The position numbers and the translations under genes are program-made. Shown piece by piece: positions 12,070 through 21,429 of a DNA stretch of 64,000 bases. The notes beneath the pieces are model-generated. The model was not told where the DNA came from. It worked only from the letters and a program-made list of their open reading frames with translations, and did no database searches. The stretch's first letter is position 1; every line of letters begins with the position of its first letter. The DNA is taken from the NCBI GenBank assembly GCA_038057125.1, contig JBBUDU010000002.1, forward strand, positions 687-64,686. The letters run 5' to 3'. The DNA comes from Patescibacteria group bacterium. Its GTDB lineage: Bacteria > Patescibacteriota > Minisyncoccia > Phycocordibacterales > UBA1550.

Positions 12070-13794
12070 CTAGAGTGTATTTATCTCCTGGAATGGCACG
12101 ATTTTATCCATACTTTTCAAAATTGCGTCCTCTTTCATTGAAATCATTCCTTTTTTACGAGTAGCTTCCCATAGGCGAACCTCTGTCGGCTCAGCCAAAA
12201 TAATCTTTTCGATATCCTTGTCCACTGGAAATACTTCAAACACCGCTAAGCGCCCGCGCGTACCCGACGAGCATTCAGAGGTTGGCTTCGCCTCATGAAG
12301 AGGTCTCGAAAGATTGAGTTTTTCCTTGAATTCTTTAGGGAGATCTTGAAACTGTTTTTCAATCATCATATTAATCGCCCCGTCATTTGGAACTTCTTTA
12401 TCACCGCCAGGACAAATCTTTTTTACGAGGCGCTGTGCGACAGAAAGTATCAAAGTGGGTGCAATAAGATAGGGGTCAATACCCATATCCACAAGACGAG
12501 GAATAGCGCCGATGGCAGTATTGGTGTGAAGTGTTGAAAGCACGAGGTGCCCCGTAAGAGCAGCCTGAATGGCAAGCTGTGCTGTTTCGGCATCACGAAT
12601 TTCACCAACCATGATAATGTCGGGGTCCTGACGCAGTGTGGTGCGAAGCCCGGCGGCAAATGTATACCCAATCTCCGAACGCACTTGGGACTGATTAATT
12701 CCCGACATATTGTACTCAACTGGATCCTCGAGTGAGACGATATTTTTTGTTTCCTTGTCGAGTTCATTCAACATTGAATAAAGAGTGGTTGACTTACCGG
12801 ACCCTGTGGGTCCCGTGATGAGGATGATCCCGTACGGACGCGCGAGAGCGCTTCGTACAAGAGCGAGGTGCTCAGGTCGGAACCCGATATCGTCAAGCTT
12901 CTGAACCCCTTTTTGCGTATCCAAAATACGCATTACAACTTTTTCCCCATAATACGCGGGAAATGTAGAGACGCGAAAATCGATTTTTCGTCCATCGATA
13001 CGCGCCGAGAATCGCCCGTCTTGAGGCTTGCGTTTTTCGTCAAGCTTGAGAGATGCAAGTATTTTAATACGCGCCACCACCGAGCTGTGCACATCGACAG
13101 GAAGAATGAGACTTGTAAAAAGCTCGCCGTCAACACGGAAACGCACGCGTACATTCTCGCCAGTGTGTTCAATATGAACATCAGATGCTCCGCCTTCTGT
13201 TGCGTGACGCAAAATAACCGCGGTAATCTTTGCCACGGGGGCATCCTCCACGACATGCGCTTCTTTTTTTGCACCAGCACCGCCTTTTTCAGTGTTTTTC
13301 TTAAGAAGAGCTTCTTTGTCGACGTCAATTATGTCAACCTCGAGCTCCGAAAGCGCCTTTGTCACTTCTCCCGTGAGTCCGCGATAGCTTTCAAGAATCA
13401 CCTTCAGGTCTTCGTTTGATATGAGAAATATCTTGAAAGGCATCCCGAGTTTCGTCGCGATAAACTGCAATGCGTCGCGAGCTTCGATGTTTTCGGGATC
13501 TGTGATACCAATCTCAAGAACCTCGTCCACCACCCCTATTGGAGCAAAGCGATAATGCGAAGCGGAGTCTTCGGGAATATATTTTAAAATTTCAAAATCT
13601 ACACCCTTGCCTTTTAGTTCGCGCGTAGGCAGGTTGAAATAAAGCCCGCGTCCTTTCAAAATATTTTCTTTTGTCACCCCTGCTTTTGAAAGTACTTCGT
13701 CTATCGCCTCTCCGTCATTCAAACGCTTCAAGAGCGCCGGGACTGAGTCCTTTTTTATGATACCGTGAAGCGCGAATGTGTCGAGGATTGCCAT
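12070..13794 (-). CDS. pilB: type IV pilus assembly ATPase (GspE/PilB family)
   Basis: 574 aa, Walker A GPTGSGKSTT, GspE N-domain. Confidence 0.9.
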   Translation of the reverse strand: MAILDTFALHGIIKKDSVPALLKRLNDGEAIDEVLSKAGVTKENILKGRGLYFNLPTRELKGKGVDFEILKYIPEDSASHYRFAPIGVVDEVLEIGITDPENIEARDALQFIATKLGMPFKIFLISNEDLKVILESYRGLTGEVTKALSELEVDIIDVDKEALLKKNTEKGGAGAKKEAHVVEDAPVAKITAVILRHATEGGASDVHIEHTGENVRVRFRVDGELFTSLILPVDVHSSVVARIKILASLKLDEKRKPQDGRFSARIDGRKIDFRVSTFPAYYGEKVVMRILDTQKGVQKLDDIGFRPEHLALVRSALARPYGIILITGPTGSGKSTTLYSMLNELDKETKNIVSLEDPVEYNMSGINQSQVRSEIGYTFAAGLRTTLRQDPDIIMVGEIRDAETAQLAIQAALTGHLVLSTLHTNTAIGAIPRLVDMGIDPYLIAPTLILSVAQRLVKKICPGGDKEVPNDGAINMMIEKQFQDLPKEFKEKLNLSRPLHEAKPTSECSSGTRGRLAVFEVFPVDKDIEKIILAEPTEVRLWEATRKKGMISMKEDAILKSMDKIVPFQEINTL

Positions 13795-13803
13795 GGAGCA
13801 TGT

Positions 13804-14178
13804 TTAACGGGTTAACGGCTGTTCTCCAATAACTTTCATTTTTAATTTCCATGCGGTAATAACGAACGGGTTTGGTCTACCCACTGCCTCGCTCGGTATG
13901 GCAACGGTAAAGTCTTGTAGGCTTTTAAATGCAGGCGAGTCAAAAATAAGTCTCGAACCAGATACTGCGCGCTCCAAATCACCAAGGTCCCTAACAGTAT
14001 AGTCAATCTCTGCGCCGATGGATGCCGTATTTTCGGCAATTTTTGCAATCGAGGCAATTTTGTCAGTAAGGGCGGTATCTTTCTTCACAAAAACAAAATA
14101 TCCGACAACTAAGACTCCCCCTAAAACGACTACGGTCAATATGTTTATCAAAATCGATTTTGTTTTTTCCTTTTGCAT
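13804..14178 (-). CDS. hypothetical single-pass membrane protein (pilus assembly accessory, PilP-like?)
   Basis: N-terminal TM, 124 aa, position in the pilMNOP string. Confidence 0.3.
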   Translation of the reverse strand: MQKEKTKSILINILTVVVLGGVLVVGYFVFVKKDTALTDKIASIAKIAENTASIGAEIDYTVRDLGDLERAVSGSRLIFDSPAFKSLQDFTVAIPSEAVGRPNPFVITAWKLKMKVIGEQPLTR

Positions 14179-14182
14179 ATAA

Positions 14183-14854
14183 TTATTTAAGTGAGTAGGT
14201 TTCTACTGTTACTGTATATTTGTAAATCGGAGACGACACCACCTTTAATTTTGAATCGCTCGGTAACATGATAAAAGAAACAGATGTTATATCGATTAGC
14301 CCCAGGCTTTTTTCAAGATCATTTAAAAAGAGCTGTGCTGTCTCGTATGAAGTGGTGAAGGAGAAACTTGCCTTTGTGTTTATGTATTTTTTGTCGGACG
14401 AAGTCGTAGAGTCGAGATTCCTCTCAGTTTGTCCTTGCGCTTGATTTATTTTTGCACCCAAAGACACTGTGTTTACGAGCCCCTGCGTGGCGCTAATAGC
14501 GCCTGGTGCAGTACTCTTGGGCGAAGCATTTGCAGGCTCGTCCACCTTGATGTCCGACAGAATAATTCTGTTCTTTCTACCGATATATTGAATATTGTTT
14601 GCAAAACGAACCGTATCAATTTTTTCCGGAAGAAAAACTTCAAAACGGGCGCTCTCGGAAGGATCGATGCTACTCAAGTTTTTCTTGGTTTTATCGATTA
14701 ACATTTTAATCTCACCGGATGTATTGAGAATCTTAGAAAGAGATACAATATCACCTCGACGCTCCTTATTGAGGTCGTACGCCGGTACGACATAAAAAAA
14801 TGCGAAACCGAGGGATAGTATTATTGTAATAAATGAGACGATTGGTTTAGTCAT
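14183..14854 (-). CDS. PilO-like pilus assembly protein (putative)
   Basis: N-terminal TM then coiled/periplasmic region, 223 aa, follows PilN-like gene. Confidence 0.4.
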   Translation of the reverse strand: MTKPIVSFITIILSLGFAFFYVVPAYDLNKERRGDIVSLSKILNTSGEIKMLIDKTKKNLSSIDPSESARFEVFLPEKIDTVRFANNIQYIGRKNRIILSDIKVDEPANASPKSTAPGAISATQGLVNTVSLGAKINQAQGQTERNLDSTTSSDKKYINTKASFSFTTSYETAQLFLNDLEKSLGLIDITSVSFIMLPSDSKLKVVSSPIYKYTVTVETYSLK

Positions 14855-14863
14855 ATTAGTATG

Positions 14864-15724
14864 TTACCAAAATTTAAGCTTCGACCAGAGCGACATTAAA
14901 AAAGATTGCTTCTCTGTGACCGTTGGGGTCGTTGCCACATCGCGTTCCCCCGCCGTCTGATCGCTTGCCGTATTGCCATCTCTGGTAGGAGGAATACTGT
15001 CAGGCTCTGTGGCAGACACTGGCGACTCTATTGAAGCTTCAAATGCTGGTGGAGTGGCAATTGGAGCTTTTAAATTTATAATGGTTGTCGTTGCAACAGA
15101 CACATCGGCTTGAAGTGTTGGAACATTGAAACTACTTACATTGTTTACATACAATAAATAATCAGGTGAAAAGGTCATAACAAGAGTGAATGTAACCGTG
15201 CCGTATTTTGTAAGACTCACGTCACGCACCAAAAACGATGAGAGATCTTTAGTTTGATTACGGAAAATATCTGATTGGTACGCAAGTGCCGAATATGTTG
15301 GCGCTTCACCGGAAATCTCAAGCGTCGAACCATCAGAACTTTTCCTGAAAGAAAACTTCTCGTACAAAACACTTTCAGTTGTATTTTTTGACAAAAACGC
15401 AAACAGAGGAGACACTACCGCATGTGTGCTTAAAAGTTTGCGCGCAAGCAGGGCGCGTGCGCGAAACACCTTTGCTCCTGAAACCTCTGTGTTATCGATT
15501 AATTCTTTTTGCGCCGATTTTATTTCAATTGTTTTTGCTGCTACCTCTTGGTTCAATATATCGTTGTGATAATATAAACCTGCGTAAGCGCCGACAACTG
15601 AAACAAAGGCAATACCGGCAATAAACCCAAGCGCGCTCCTAGGACGGCGCCTCTCCAAAAAAGACTCCTCTCGAACGAGCGACCCTTTTGGAATGAACGA
15701 AATTTTTGGGTTGTTACCTTCCAT
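14864..15724 (-). CDS. PilN-like fimbrial assembly protein (putative)
   Basis: Single TM after a ~40 aa cytoplasmic N-terminus, immediately downstream of pilM. Confidence 0.45.
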   Translation of the reverse strand: MEGNNPKISFIPKGSLVREESFLERRRPRSALGFIAGIAFVSVVGAYAGLYYHNDILNQEVAAKTIEIKSAQKELIDNTEVSGAKVFRARALLARKLLSTHAVVSPLFAFLSKNTTESVLYEKFSFRKSSDGSTLEISGEAPTYSALAYQSDIFRNQTKDLSSFLVRDVSLTKYGTVTFTLVMTFSPDYLLYVNNVSSFNVPTLQADVSVATTTIINLKAPIATPPAFEASIESPVSATEPDSIPPTRDGNTASDQTAGERDVATTPTVTEKQSFLMSLWSKLKFW

Positions 15725-15756
15725 AATTATTCTTCTTTATTATACTATGTTTATTA

Positions 15757-16893
15757 TCACTCTTCCAGTCCTTTTAGCGCAATACCGATAGCAACCGCAA
15801 AATTTGGGCTCAACTCTTTCAGTGTTGAAGACAAGAACGCCGGCGTATCGACACGCGCAAACGGGTCACCGAGAACTATCGAGGCACCTCGGAAATTTTG
15901 CGCCACCGTTTTCTCTATACCTTTTAATCGCGCGCCACCACCGACCAAGATGACTTTTGAAATCTTTGTATTATATTTTCGTTCATAGTTTTCCGAGAAC
16001 CGAGATGCTTCGTTCATAATGTTCGCAAGGATAAGCTCCGCAACCACAGTGACATCTCGTCCGTCATCGTCTCCCGTCATACCAGCGCGGCACTTTATTT
16101 CTTCAGCTTGGTCAAAAGAAAGTTGGCGTGAACGAGAGAGCGCAAGCGTGATGTCCTGCCCACCCGAGGAGATTACATGCGAACCGCGCACTATCCCCTC
16201 ATCCACCAATGCAAGCTTTGTACTCCCAGCGCCGATGTCAATAACGAGTGCCGACAGGAGGTCGCGACCAACTACTGCGCGAAGAGTACTAAATATTTCA
16301 ATCTCAAAATTCGCCTCTTCTCCTGGGATATATGCGTCGCGTTTGATTAATTCATATTTTTTAATAATCTCGTTATGAATCGCGGCAATAATGACTTCAA
16401 TCTTTCCGATTTGTTTTGCTACGGTGGCCTCGGTTGCAACCGCTGATGGAACTTTTGTTTCTGTTTTGCGCTTTGGCAACACCCACCAGTCGAGCGAGAC
16501 TTCGCTTATTGGTACGGGAATGTACCGCCTTGCTTCTATGGGAATCATCGATTGAAGCTCTTTACTACCAATATCTGGAAACTCAACAACCGTGAGCAAG
16601 CTTGCGCTGAAAGGAATGGCCATGAGCGCGTGATTGGCGACAATCCCTGTTTCTTTTAAAATATCTCGAAGGGCTTCCGCGATTTTTTCTTCAGGAAGAT
16701 TAGTCGCTTGTCCTGAGGATTTCCCGCCACGGGGACCCAGAGCAATCTCACCGTAGTTTCGCAAAACTACCCTTTCTTCGACTTTTTCAATTGCAATAAC
16801 CTTAATAGATGACGAGCCAATATCTATGCCGAGGATTACCCCTTCATTTCCCGACGAAAAAACTTTTTTGAGTGATTCTAAAATTGAAGCCAT
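15757..16893 (-). CDS. pilM: type IV pilus assembly protein PilM (actin-like ATPase)
   Basis: Start re-set to ATG at 16893 (MASILESL...ILGIDIGSSSIKVIAIE). The track ORF extends spuriously upstream. Confidence 0.85.
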   Translation of the reverse strand: MASILESLKKVFSSGNEGVILGIDIGSSSIKVIAIEKVEERVVLRNYGEIALGPRGGKSSGQATNLPEEKIAEALRDILKETGIVANHALMAIPFSASLLTVVEFPDIGSKELQSMIPIEARRYIPVPISEVSLDWWVLPKRKTETKVPSAVATEATVAKQIGKIEVIIAAIHNEIIKKYELIKRDAYIPGEEANFEIEIFSTLRAVVGRDLLSALVIDIGAGSTKLALVDEGIVRGSHVISSGGQDITLALSRSRQLSFDQAEEIKCRAGMTGDDDGRDVTVVAELILANIMNEASRFSENYERKYNTKISKVILVGGGARLKGIEKTVAQNFRGASIVLGDPFARVDTPAFLSSTLKELSPNFAVAIGIALKGLEE

Positions 16894-16906
16894 AATGTAA
16901 GGTATA

Positions 16907-17626
16907 ATGAGTAGTATATCATGGAAAATGAAATCCTCCGTACCCGCAAACATGAAAGTTATCCACAAGCACTTACTATTATCCACATTCACACGCCTCG
17001 TTGATGCCTTATTCCCTCGCGTGTGCGAAGGATGTGGGAAAAGCGGCGTTATTTTATGCGAAAACTGCGCCGGAAACATCCCAAGAGCTCAAAAATCCGA
17101 ATACTCATTCATTACGTCTATTTTTGATTATAGAAACCCAATTATCCGCGGGGTGGTTTGGAAATTTAAATACAAGAACGCGCGCGTGGTCGCAAAATGT
17201 TTTGGAGAGAAACTTTATGAGGAAATACTGGGCGACTTGGGCGACCGCCTCCACATCTCTCAGGAAGAAACTTTTTTACTCGTGCCTATTCCACTTCACA
17301 AAAAACGTTTGAGCGAGCGAGGATACAACCAGAGCGAGCTTCTCGCGCGGGAGATTATAAAATACGACACGGGAAAAATACTCCAGCTCGCACCTAAAGC
17401 GATCATCCGCAAAGAGAAAACTTTGCCACAAGCAAAGAAAGAAAAACGTGCCGCCCGTTTTGAAAACCTACGCGGGGCGTTTGTGGCAATCCCAGAGCTC
17501 GTGCGCGGGAAACACATTGTTCTCATTGATGACGTCACTACCACAGGAGCAACACTCACAGAAGCGCGCAAGGCACTTCTGAAGGCTGGCGCCAAAACAG
17601 TGCGCGCATACGCAGTGGCTCACTAG
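16907..17626 (+). CDS. comFC: ComF family protein (phosphoribosyltransferase-like, competence)
   Basis: N-terminal double Cys zinc ribbon (CEGCGK...CENCAG) plus C-terminal PRTase fold motif VLIDDVTTTGATL. Confidence 0.8.
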   Translation: MSSISWKMKSSVPANMKVIHKHLLLSTFTRLVDALFPRVCEGCGKSGVILCENCAGNIPRAQKSEYSFITSIFDYRNPIIRGVVWKFKYKNARVVAKCFGEKLYEEILGDLGDRLHISQEETFLLVPIPLHKKRLSERGYNQSELLAREIIKYDTGKILQLAPKAIIRKEKTLPQAKKEKRAARFENLRGAFVAIPELVRGKHIVLIDDVTTTGATLTEARKALLKAGAKTVRAYAVAH

Positions 17627-17648
17627 AGAAAACACACACCACCAATAC

Positions 17649-17676
17649 AAAAACTCCCTTAGCGGGAGCTTTTTTG
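17649..17676 (+). terminator. rho-independent terminator after comFC
   Basis: ctccc ttagc gggag followed by tttttt. Confidence 0.5.
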
Positions 17677-17859
17677 TATTTGCGGAGACGGAGGTTCATC
17701 GGTCACGAGTTACTAATTCGCTACGCTCATAAGTACTCTCGACCCCGGCTTGGCGACAAGCACTCACTTCGTTCGTCTTGTGTACCGCCTCCGCCTTTCG
17801 AATCCCTCCGTCTCTCGCAAAACTTTAAAACCCCAAGGCTGTCGCCTTGGGGTTTTGTT

Positions 17860-17949
17860 TGGCGGAGACGGAGGGATTCGAACCCTCGAGGGGTTTTATC
17901 CCCTGCCTCGTTAGCAGTGAGGTACCTTCGGCCTCTCGGTCACGTCTCC
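17860..17949 (-). tRNA. tRNA-Ser (anticodon GCT)
   Basis: Reverse complement GGAGACG-TG-ACCGAGAGG...CTGCTAA...long variable arm...GGGTTCGAATCCCTCCGTCTCCGCCA, 90 nt, type II tRNA with encoded CCA. Confidence 0.8.
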
Positions 17950-18014
17950 ATTGTTTTTCAAATTTTGCAGGAGAAACAAGAAAACCTTATCATACTCCAC
18001 TCTATTTTGCTATA

Positions 18015-18596
18015 ATGCTCAGTATGCACCATAACCTCACCATAACCGACAAAATACTAGCGAAGACTCTCCTGCCACTTATTCCGTATTGGATGACACC
18101 AAACATAGTTTCGTGGCTACGACTTGCAAGCATTCCGTTCGTTGGATATTTCCTGTGGAACGAAAATTACGCGATTGCGCTTCCTCTATTTTTCGTTTCC
18201 GCATTTTCTGACGCGGTAGACGGCTCGCTTGCGCGCACGAGAAACCTTGTCTCTGATTTTGGGAAAATGTTTGACCCGCTCGCCGACAAGCTCCTCATAG
18301 CAACAGCCGCGATTATCCTCATACCGCAGTATCTAGGATGGAGCATCGTACTTGCCATCGTTACCATAGAGCTCACACTTATCGCAAGCGCCTATGTGCA
18401 GAAAACGTATTACGGAAAAACAATCCAAGCAGAAAATACCGGCAAACTCAAAATGATTCTGCAGTCACTCGGCATCGGCGCACTCCTTATTTATATTATT
18501 TGGAACATCGGTCTGTTTCTCGCCATCGCGCAGTATTTCTTTTACGCGGCAATTTTCTTTGCACTTCTCTCTCTAGTAGTGTATCGTGCCGTATAA
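18015..18596 (+). CDS. pgsA: CDP-alcohol phosphatidyltransferase family protein
   Basis: D-x2-DG-x2-AR-x8-G-x3-D-x3-D motif (DAVDGSLARTRNLVSDFGKMFDPLADK). Start re-set to ATG 18015, because the track ORF runs into the tRNA. Confidence 0.8.
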   Translation: MLSMHHNLTITDKILAKTLLPLIPYWMTPNIVSWLRLASIPFVGYFLWNENYAIALPLFFVSAFSDAVDGSLARTRNLVSDFGKMFDPLADKLLIATAAIILIPQYLGWSIVLAIVTIELTLIASAYVQKTYYGKTIQAENTGKLKMILQSLGIGALLIYIIWNIGLFLAIAQYFFYAAIFFALLSLVVYRAV

Positions 18597-20604
18597 CAAA
18601 GTTATGCACCGCATTCCATACACCCCAAAAGATTTCGCGTGGACAAAATGGTCCGCGTCGGACATTAAAGCGCTTCCAGCAAAAATTATCGCCGAGAAAA
18701 AAGCGAGGCTTGCCAATGTCGCAAAAATAAGAAAAGGGGCTCACACTTTTGAAAACACGATATATGCCCTTGAATCTTCAGACTATGGGATTTCCGAAAC
18801 TGTTCTCAAAATAGACCTTCTGCAAAATGTATCGCCCAAAAAGACCATCCGCGACACCGCAAAGCGCACAATAGAATCCATTGAAAAACAAATGATTCGT
18901 ATTGAACGCGACCCAAAAATCTGGGAAGCACTCAAGGACTACAAGAATGGTGCGTGGAAAAAAGAACAAAAAAGTCTTGCTCCGGAAGACAAAAAATTGT
19001 TCCATGATATGTTTCTTGCCTACAAACGCATGGGTTTTGACCTCGCACCCGAAAAACAAAAACGCATAAAAGAGATAACAGAGCGCCTTTCAAAACTTTC
19101 AAACGAATTCCGCCACAACATCAATAGTTACGAGGACTATATTACAGTCACCGAAAAAGAAATGTCTGGACTCACGAAGCGCTACACTTCCGGGCTCAAG
19201 CGCGACAGAAAAGGAAACTACATCGTTACACTCGCATATCCAGACTATGTTCCATTTATGGAGCTCGCACAAAATGAAAACAAACGCAAAGAGCTCAACA
19301 ATAAATATTTACAAAAGGGTGGAAAGAAAAATATGAAGGTACTCGGCGAGATGCTTCGCCTACGCGCCGAAAAGGCGCGGATTCTCGGCTACAAAACACA
19401 CGCCGACTACAAGACCGAGCTTCGCATGGCAAAATCAGGAAAAACTGCGTTTGATTTTGAAATGTCGCTTCTCAAAAAAGTCGAGCATGGTGGAAAACAC
19501 GACCTTGATGAACTTCGTGACCTCAAGCGCGCGATTACTAAAAATCTTCACGCCGAGCTTTTCCCTCATGATATAGCCTACTATGGCCACGAGCTCCAAA
19601 AGAAACGATTCAAATTTGACAGCGAAGAGGTACGCGCATACTTCCCTCTTGATCGTGTGCTCACGGGGACATTTAAAATTTATTCAACGCTTTTTGGTGT
19701 TACTTTTGAAAGACTAAAAGGTTTCCCGCTATGGCACCCTGATGCCGCACTGTACGCCATAAAAACATCTCAAGGAAAAACCATTTCCTACTTTGCGCTT
19801 GACCTTCACCCGCGCGAAGGCAAGTACGGACATGCGGCGGCATTTGGCATCATAGGCGGACGCGATGCTTCATTTACGAGCAATAAGTACATCCCGCCTT
19901 TTGCTTCCATGGTTACCAATTTCACAAAACCTACTGCAAAAAATCCATCTCTTCTTTCACACGGCGAAGTTGAAACATTCCTTCATGAGTTCGGGCATAT
20001 TATGCACTATACGCTCACAACTGCGCGTTACGGCTCACAGGCGGGCTACAACACGGCATGGGACTTCGTGGAAGCTCCGTCGCAAATGCTCGAGCATTGG
20101 GCATGGAACAAAAAATCTTTGGCTATTTTGTCTGCACACCACGAAACAGGAAAACCTATTCCGCAGTCGCTTTTGAAAAATCTTATCGCGAGCGAAAACC
20201 ACCTCCTGCGATATGCAACCCTTCGCCAACTAATTCTAGGTATATTTGACCTCACACTACACTCTGGAGGACACTCACTCGAACCCGCAAAGCTCTACCG
20301 CGACCTAATGAAAAAACATACTGGTATCAATATCCCAAAGGGCGCAATTTTCCCCGCTGGTTTTGGCCACCTCGACGGCTACGATGCCGGCTACTACGGC
20401 TACCTCTGGTCAAAAGTTTACGCGGCGGATATGTTCACCCGATTTGAAAAAGAAGGAATCTTGAGTAAAAAAATAGGCGCGTTGTACAAAAAATGTATCC
20501 TCGAAAAAGGCGGAAGCCGAGAGGAACTCGAACTCGTAAAAGAATTTCTCGGGCGCATGCCATCAAATAAAGCGTTTCTCAAAGAGATTGGCATTAGCAA
20601 GTAG
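18586..20604 (+). CDS. M3 family zinc metallopeptidase (oligoendopeptidase / Dcp-like)
   Basis: HEFGH zinc-binding motif plus downstream E ligand region, 672 aa. Confidence 0.85.
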   Translation: MPYNKVMHRIPYTPKDFAWTKWSASDIKALPAKIIAEKKARLANVAKIRKGAHTFENTIYALESSDYGISETVLKIDLLQNVSPKKTIRDTAKRTIESIEKQMIRIERDPKIWEALKDYKNGAWKKEQKSLAPEDKKLFHDMFLAYKRMGFDLAPEKQKRIKEITERLSKLSNEFRHNINSYEDYITVTEKEMSGLTKRYTSGLKRDRKGNYIVTLAYPDYVPFMELAQNENKRKELNNKYLQKGGKKNMKVLGEMLRLRAEKARILGYKTHADYKTELRMAKSGKTAFDFEMSLLKKVEHGGKHDLDELRDLKRAITKNLHAELFPHDIAYYGHELQKKRFKFDSEEVRAYFPLDRVLTGTFKIYSTLFGVTFERLKGFPLWHPDAALYAIKTSQGKTISYFALDLHPREGKYGHAAAFGIIGGRDASFTSNKYIPPFASMVTNFTKPTAKNPSLLSHGEVETFLHEFGHIMHYTLTTARYGSQAGYNTAWDFVEAPSQMLEHWAWNKKSLAILSAHHETGKPIPQSLLKNLIASENHLLRYATLRQLILGIFDLTLHSGGHSLEPAKLYRDLMKKHTGINIPKGAIFPAGFGHLDGYDAGYYGYLWSKVYAADMFTRFEKEGILSKKIGALYKKCILEKGGSREELELVKEFLGRMPSNKAFLKEIGISK

Positions 20605-20690
20605 ATTCTTTATATCAGAACTTGCATGCTATAATCTAGTTAATCTTTTGTGGAGAATTCTGCGAAGAAATAATAATAATTAACATTTTT

Positions 20691-21074
20691 ATGAATAAAT
20701 ATATTTTAGGAGGAGTAGGATTGCTTATTGTTGTCTTTATAATAATTTTCATGAAGACCGACAAACCACTAGCAGTGGAAACACCGGCAAAACAAGTCGT
20801 AGCAGGACAGACGGTAACATACACCAATGAAGGGTTTGTTCCGGAAATACTTACGGTAAAAGCGGGAACGATGGTAACTTTTATCAACCAAAATGATTCG
20901 CCAATGTGGGTCGCATCTGCCAAACACCCTGACCACAAGCTTTACCCAGAGTTTGACCCTAAAACAGCTGTTCCAAAGGGTGGCTCTTATTCATTCACAT
21001 TTACAAAAGTTGGTACGCATCCGTATCACAACCACGTCCTACTTGGGAAATTCGGTAAAATTGTTGTAGAATAG
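20691..21074 (+). CDS. small membrane-anchored cupredoxin-like protein
   Basis: N-terminal TM then plastocyanin-like beta-sandwich pattern (TVKAGTMVTFINQND...HPYHNH). No Cys, so probably not type 1 copper. Confidence 0.45.
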   Translation: MNKYILGGVGLLIVVFIIIFMKTDKPLAVETPAKQVVAGQTVTYTNEGFVPEILTVKAGTMVTFINQNDSPMWVASAKHPDHKLYPEFDPKTAVPKGGSYSFTFTKVGTHPYHNHVLLGKFGKIVVE

Positions 21075-21075
21075 T

Positions 21076-21429
21076 TTGATGATCCATAAACACGAAAAAG
21101 CGATACTTCTGCTTAAGCTGGGGGTCGCTTTTGCGTTTATCTATCCGGCACTCTCGGGCCTCATTGACCCATCGCCGTGGATAGGCTACGTTCCTGAATG
21201 GATTGACTTATTTATGCCTAGAGAAATTTTCTTGACTATTTTTTCTCTATTTGAAATTTTCGTGGCGATTGGAGTACTCTTTTGGAACAAAGCCCTCCCT
21301 TCTGTCATTGCTGGGTTAATGCTCATTTCTATTGTTTTATTGAACAGGAGCGAATTCTCTGTTGTGTTTCGCGACCTTTCAATAGCCTTCGCTGCTTTCG
21401 CTCTCGCATTCCTCGTTAAAAAAGGATGA
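21076..21429 (+). CDS. DoxX-like small multipass membrane protein
   Basis: 117 aa, 3-4 hydrophobic helices. Confidence 0.35.
   Translation: MMIHKHEKAILLLKLGVAFAFIYPALSGLIDPSPWIGYVPEWIDLFMPREIFLTIFSLFEIFVAIGVLFWNKALPSVIAGLMLISIVLLNRSEFSVVFRDLSIAFAAFALAFLVKKG

Noticed and set aside
15757-17079. Long N-terminal extension of PilM (and of pgsA 17847-18014, VanY 23842-23931)
   Set aside because: Extensions overlap neighbouring genes/tRNAs and lack RBS. Internal ATGs with good RBS give canonical N-termini
17680-17815. Second, long tRNA (with intron) on the plus strand
   Set aside because: The T-stem cannot pair, the acceptor-like stem is 10 bp, and no D or anticodon arm can be drawn. Treated as a tRNA-end-derived pseudo element
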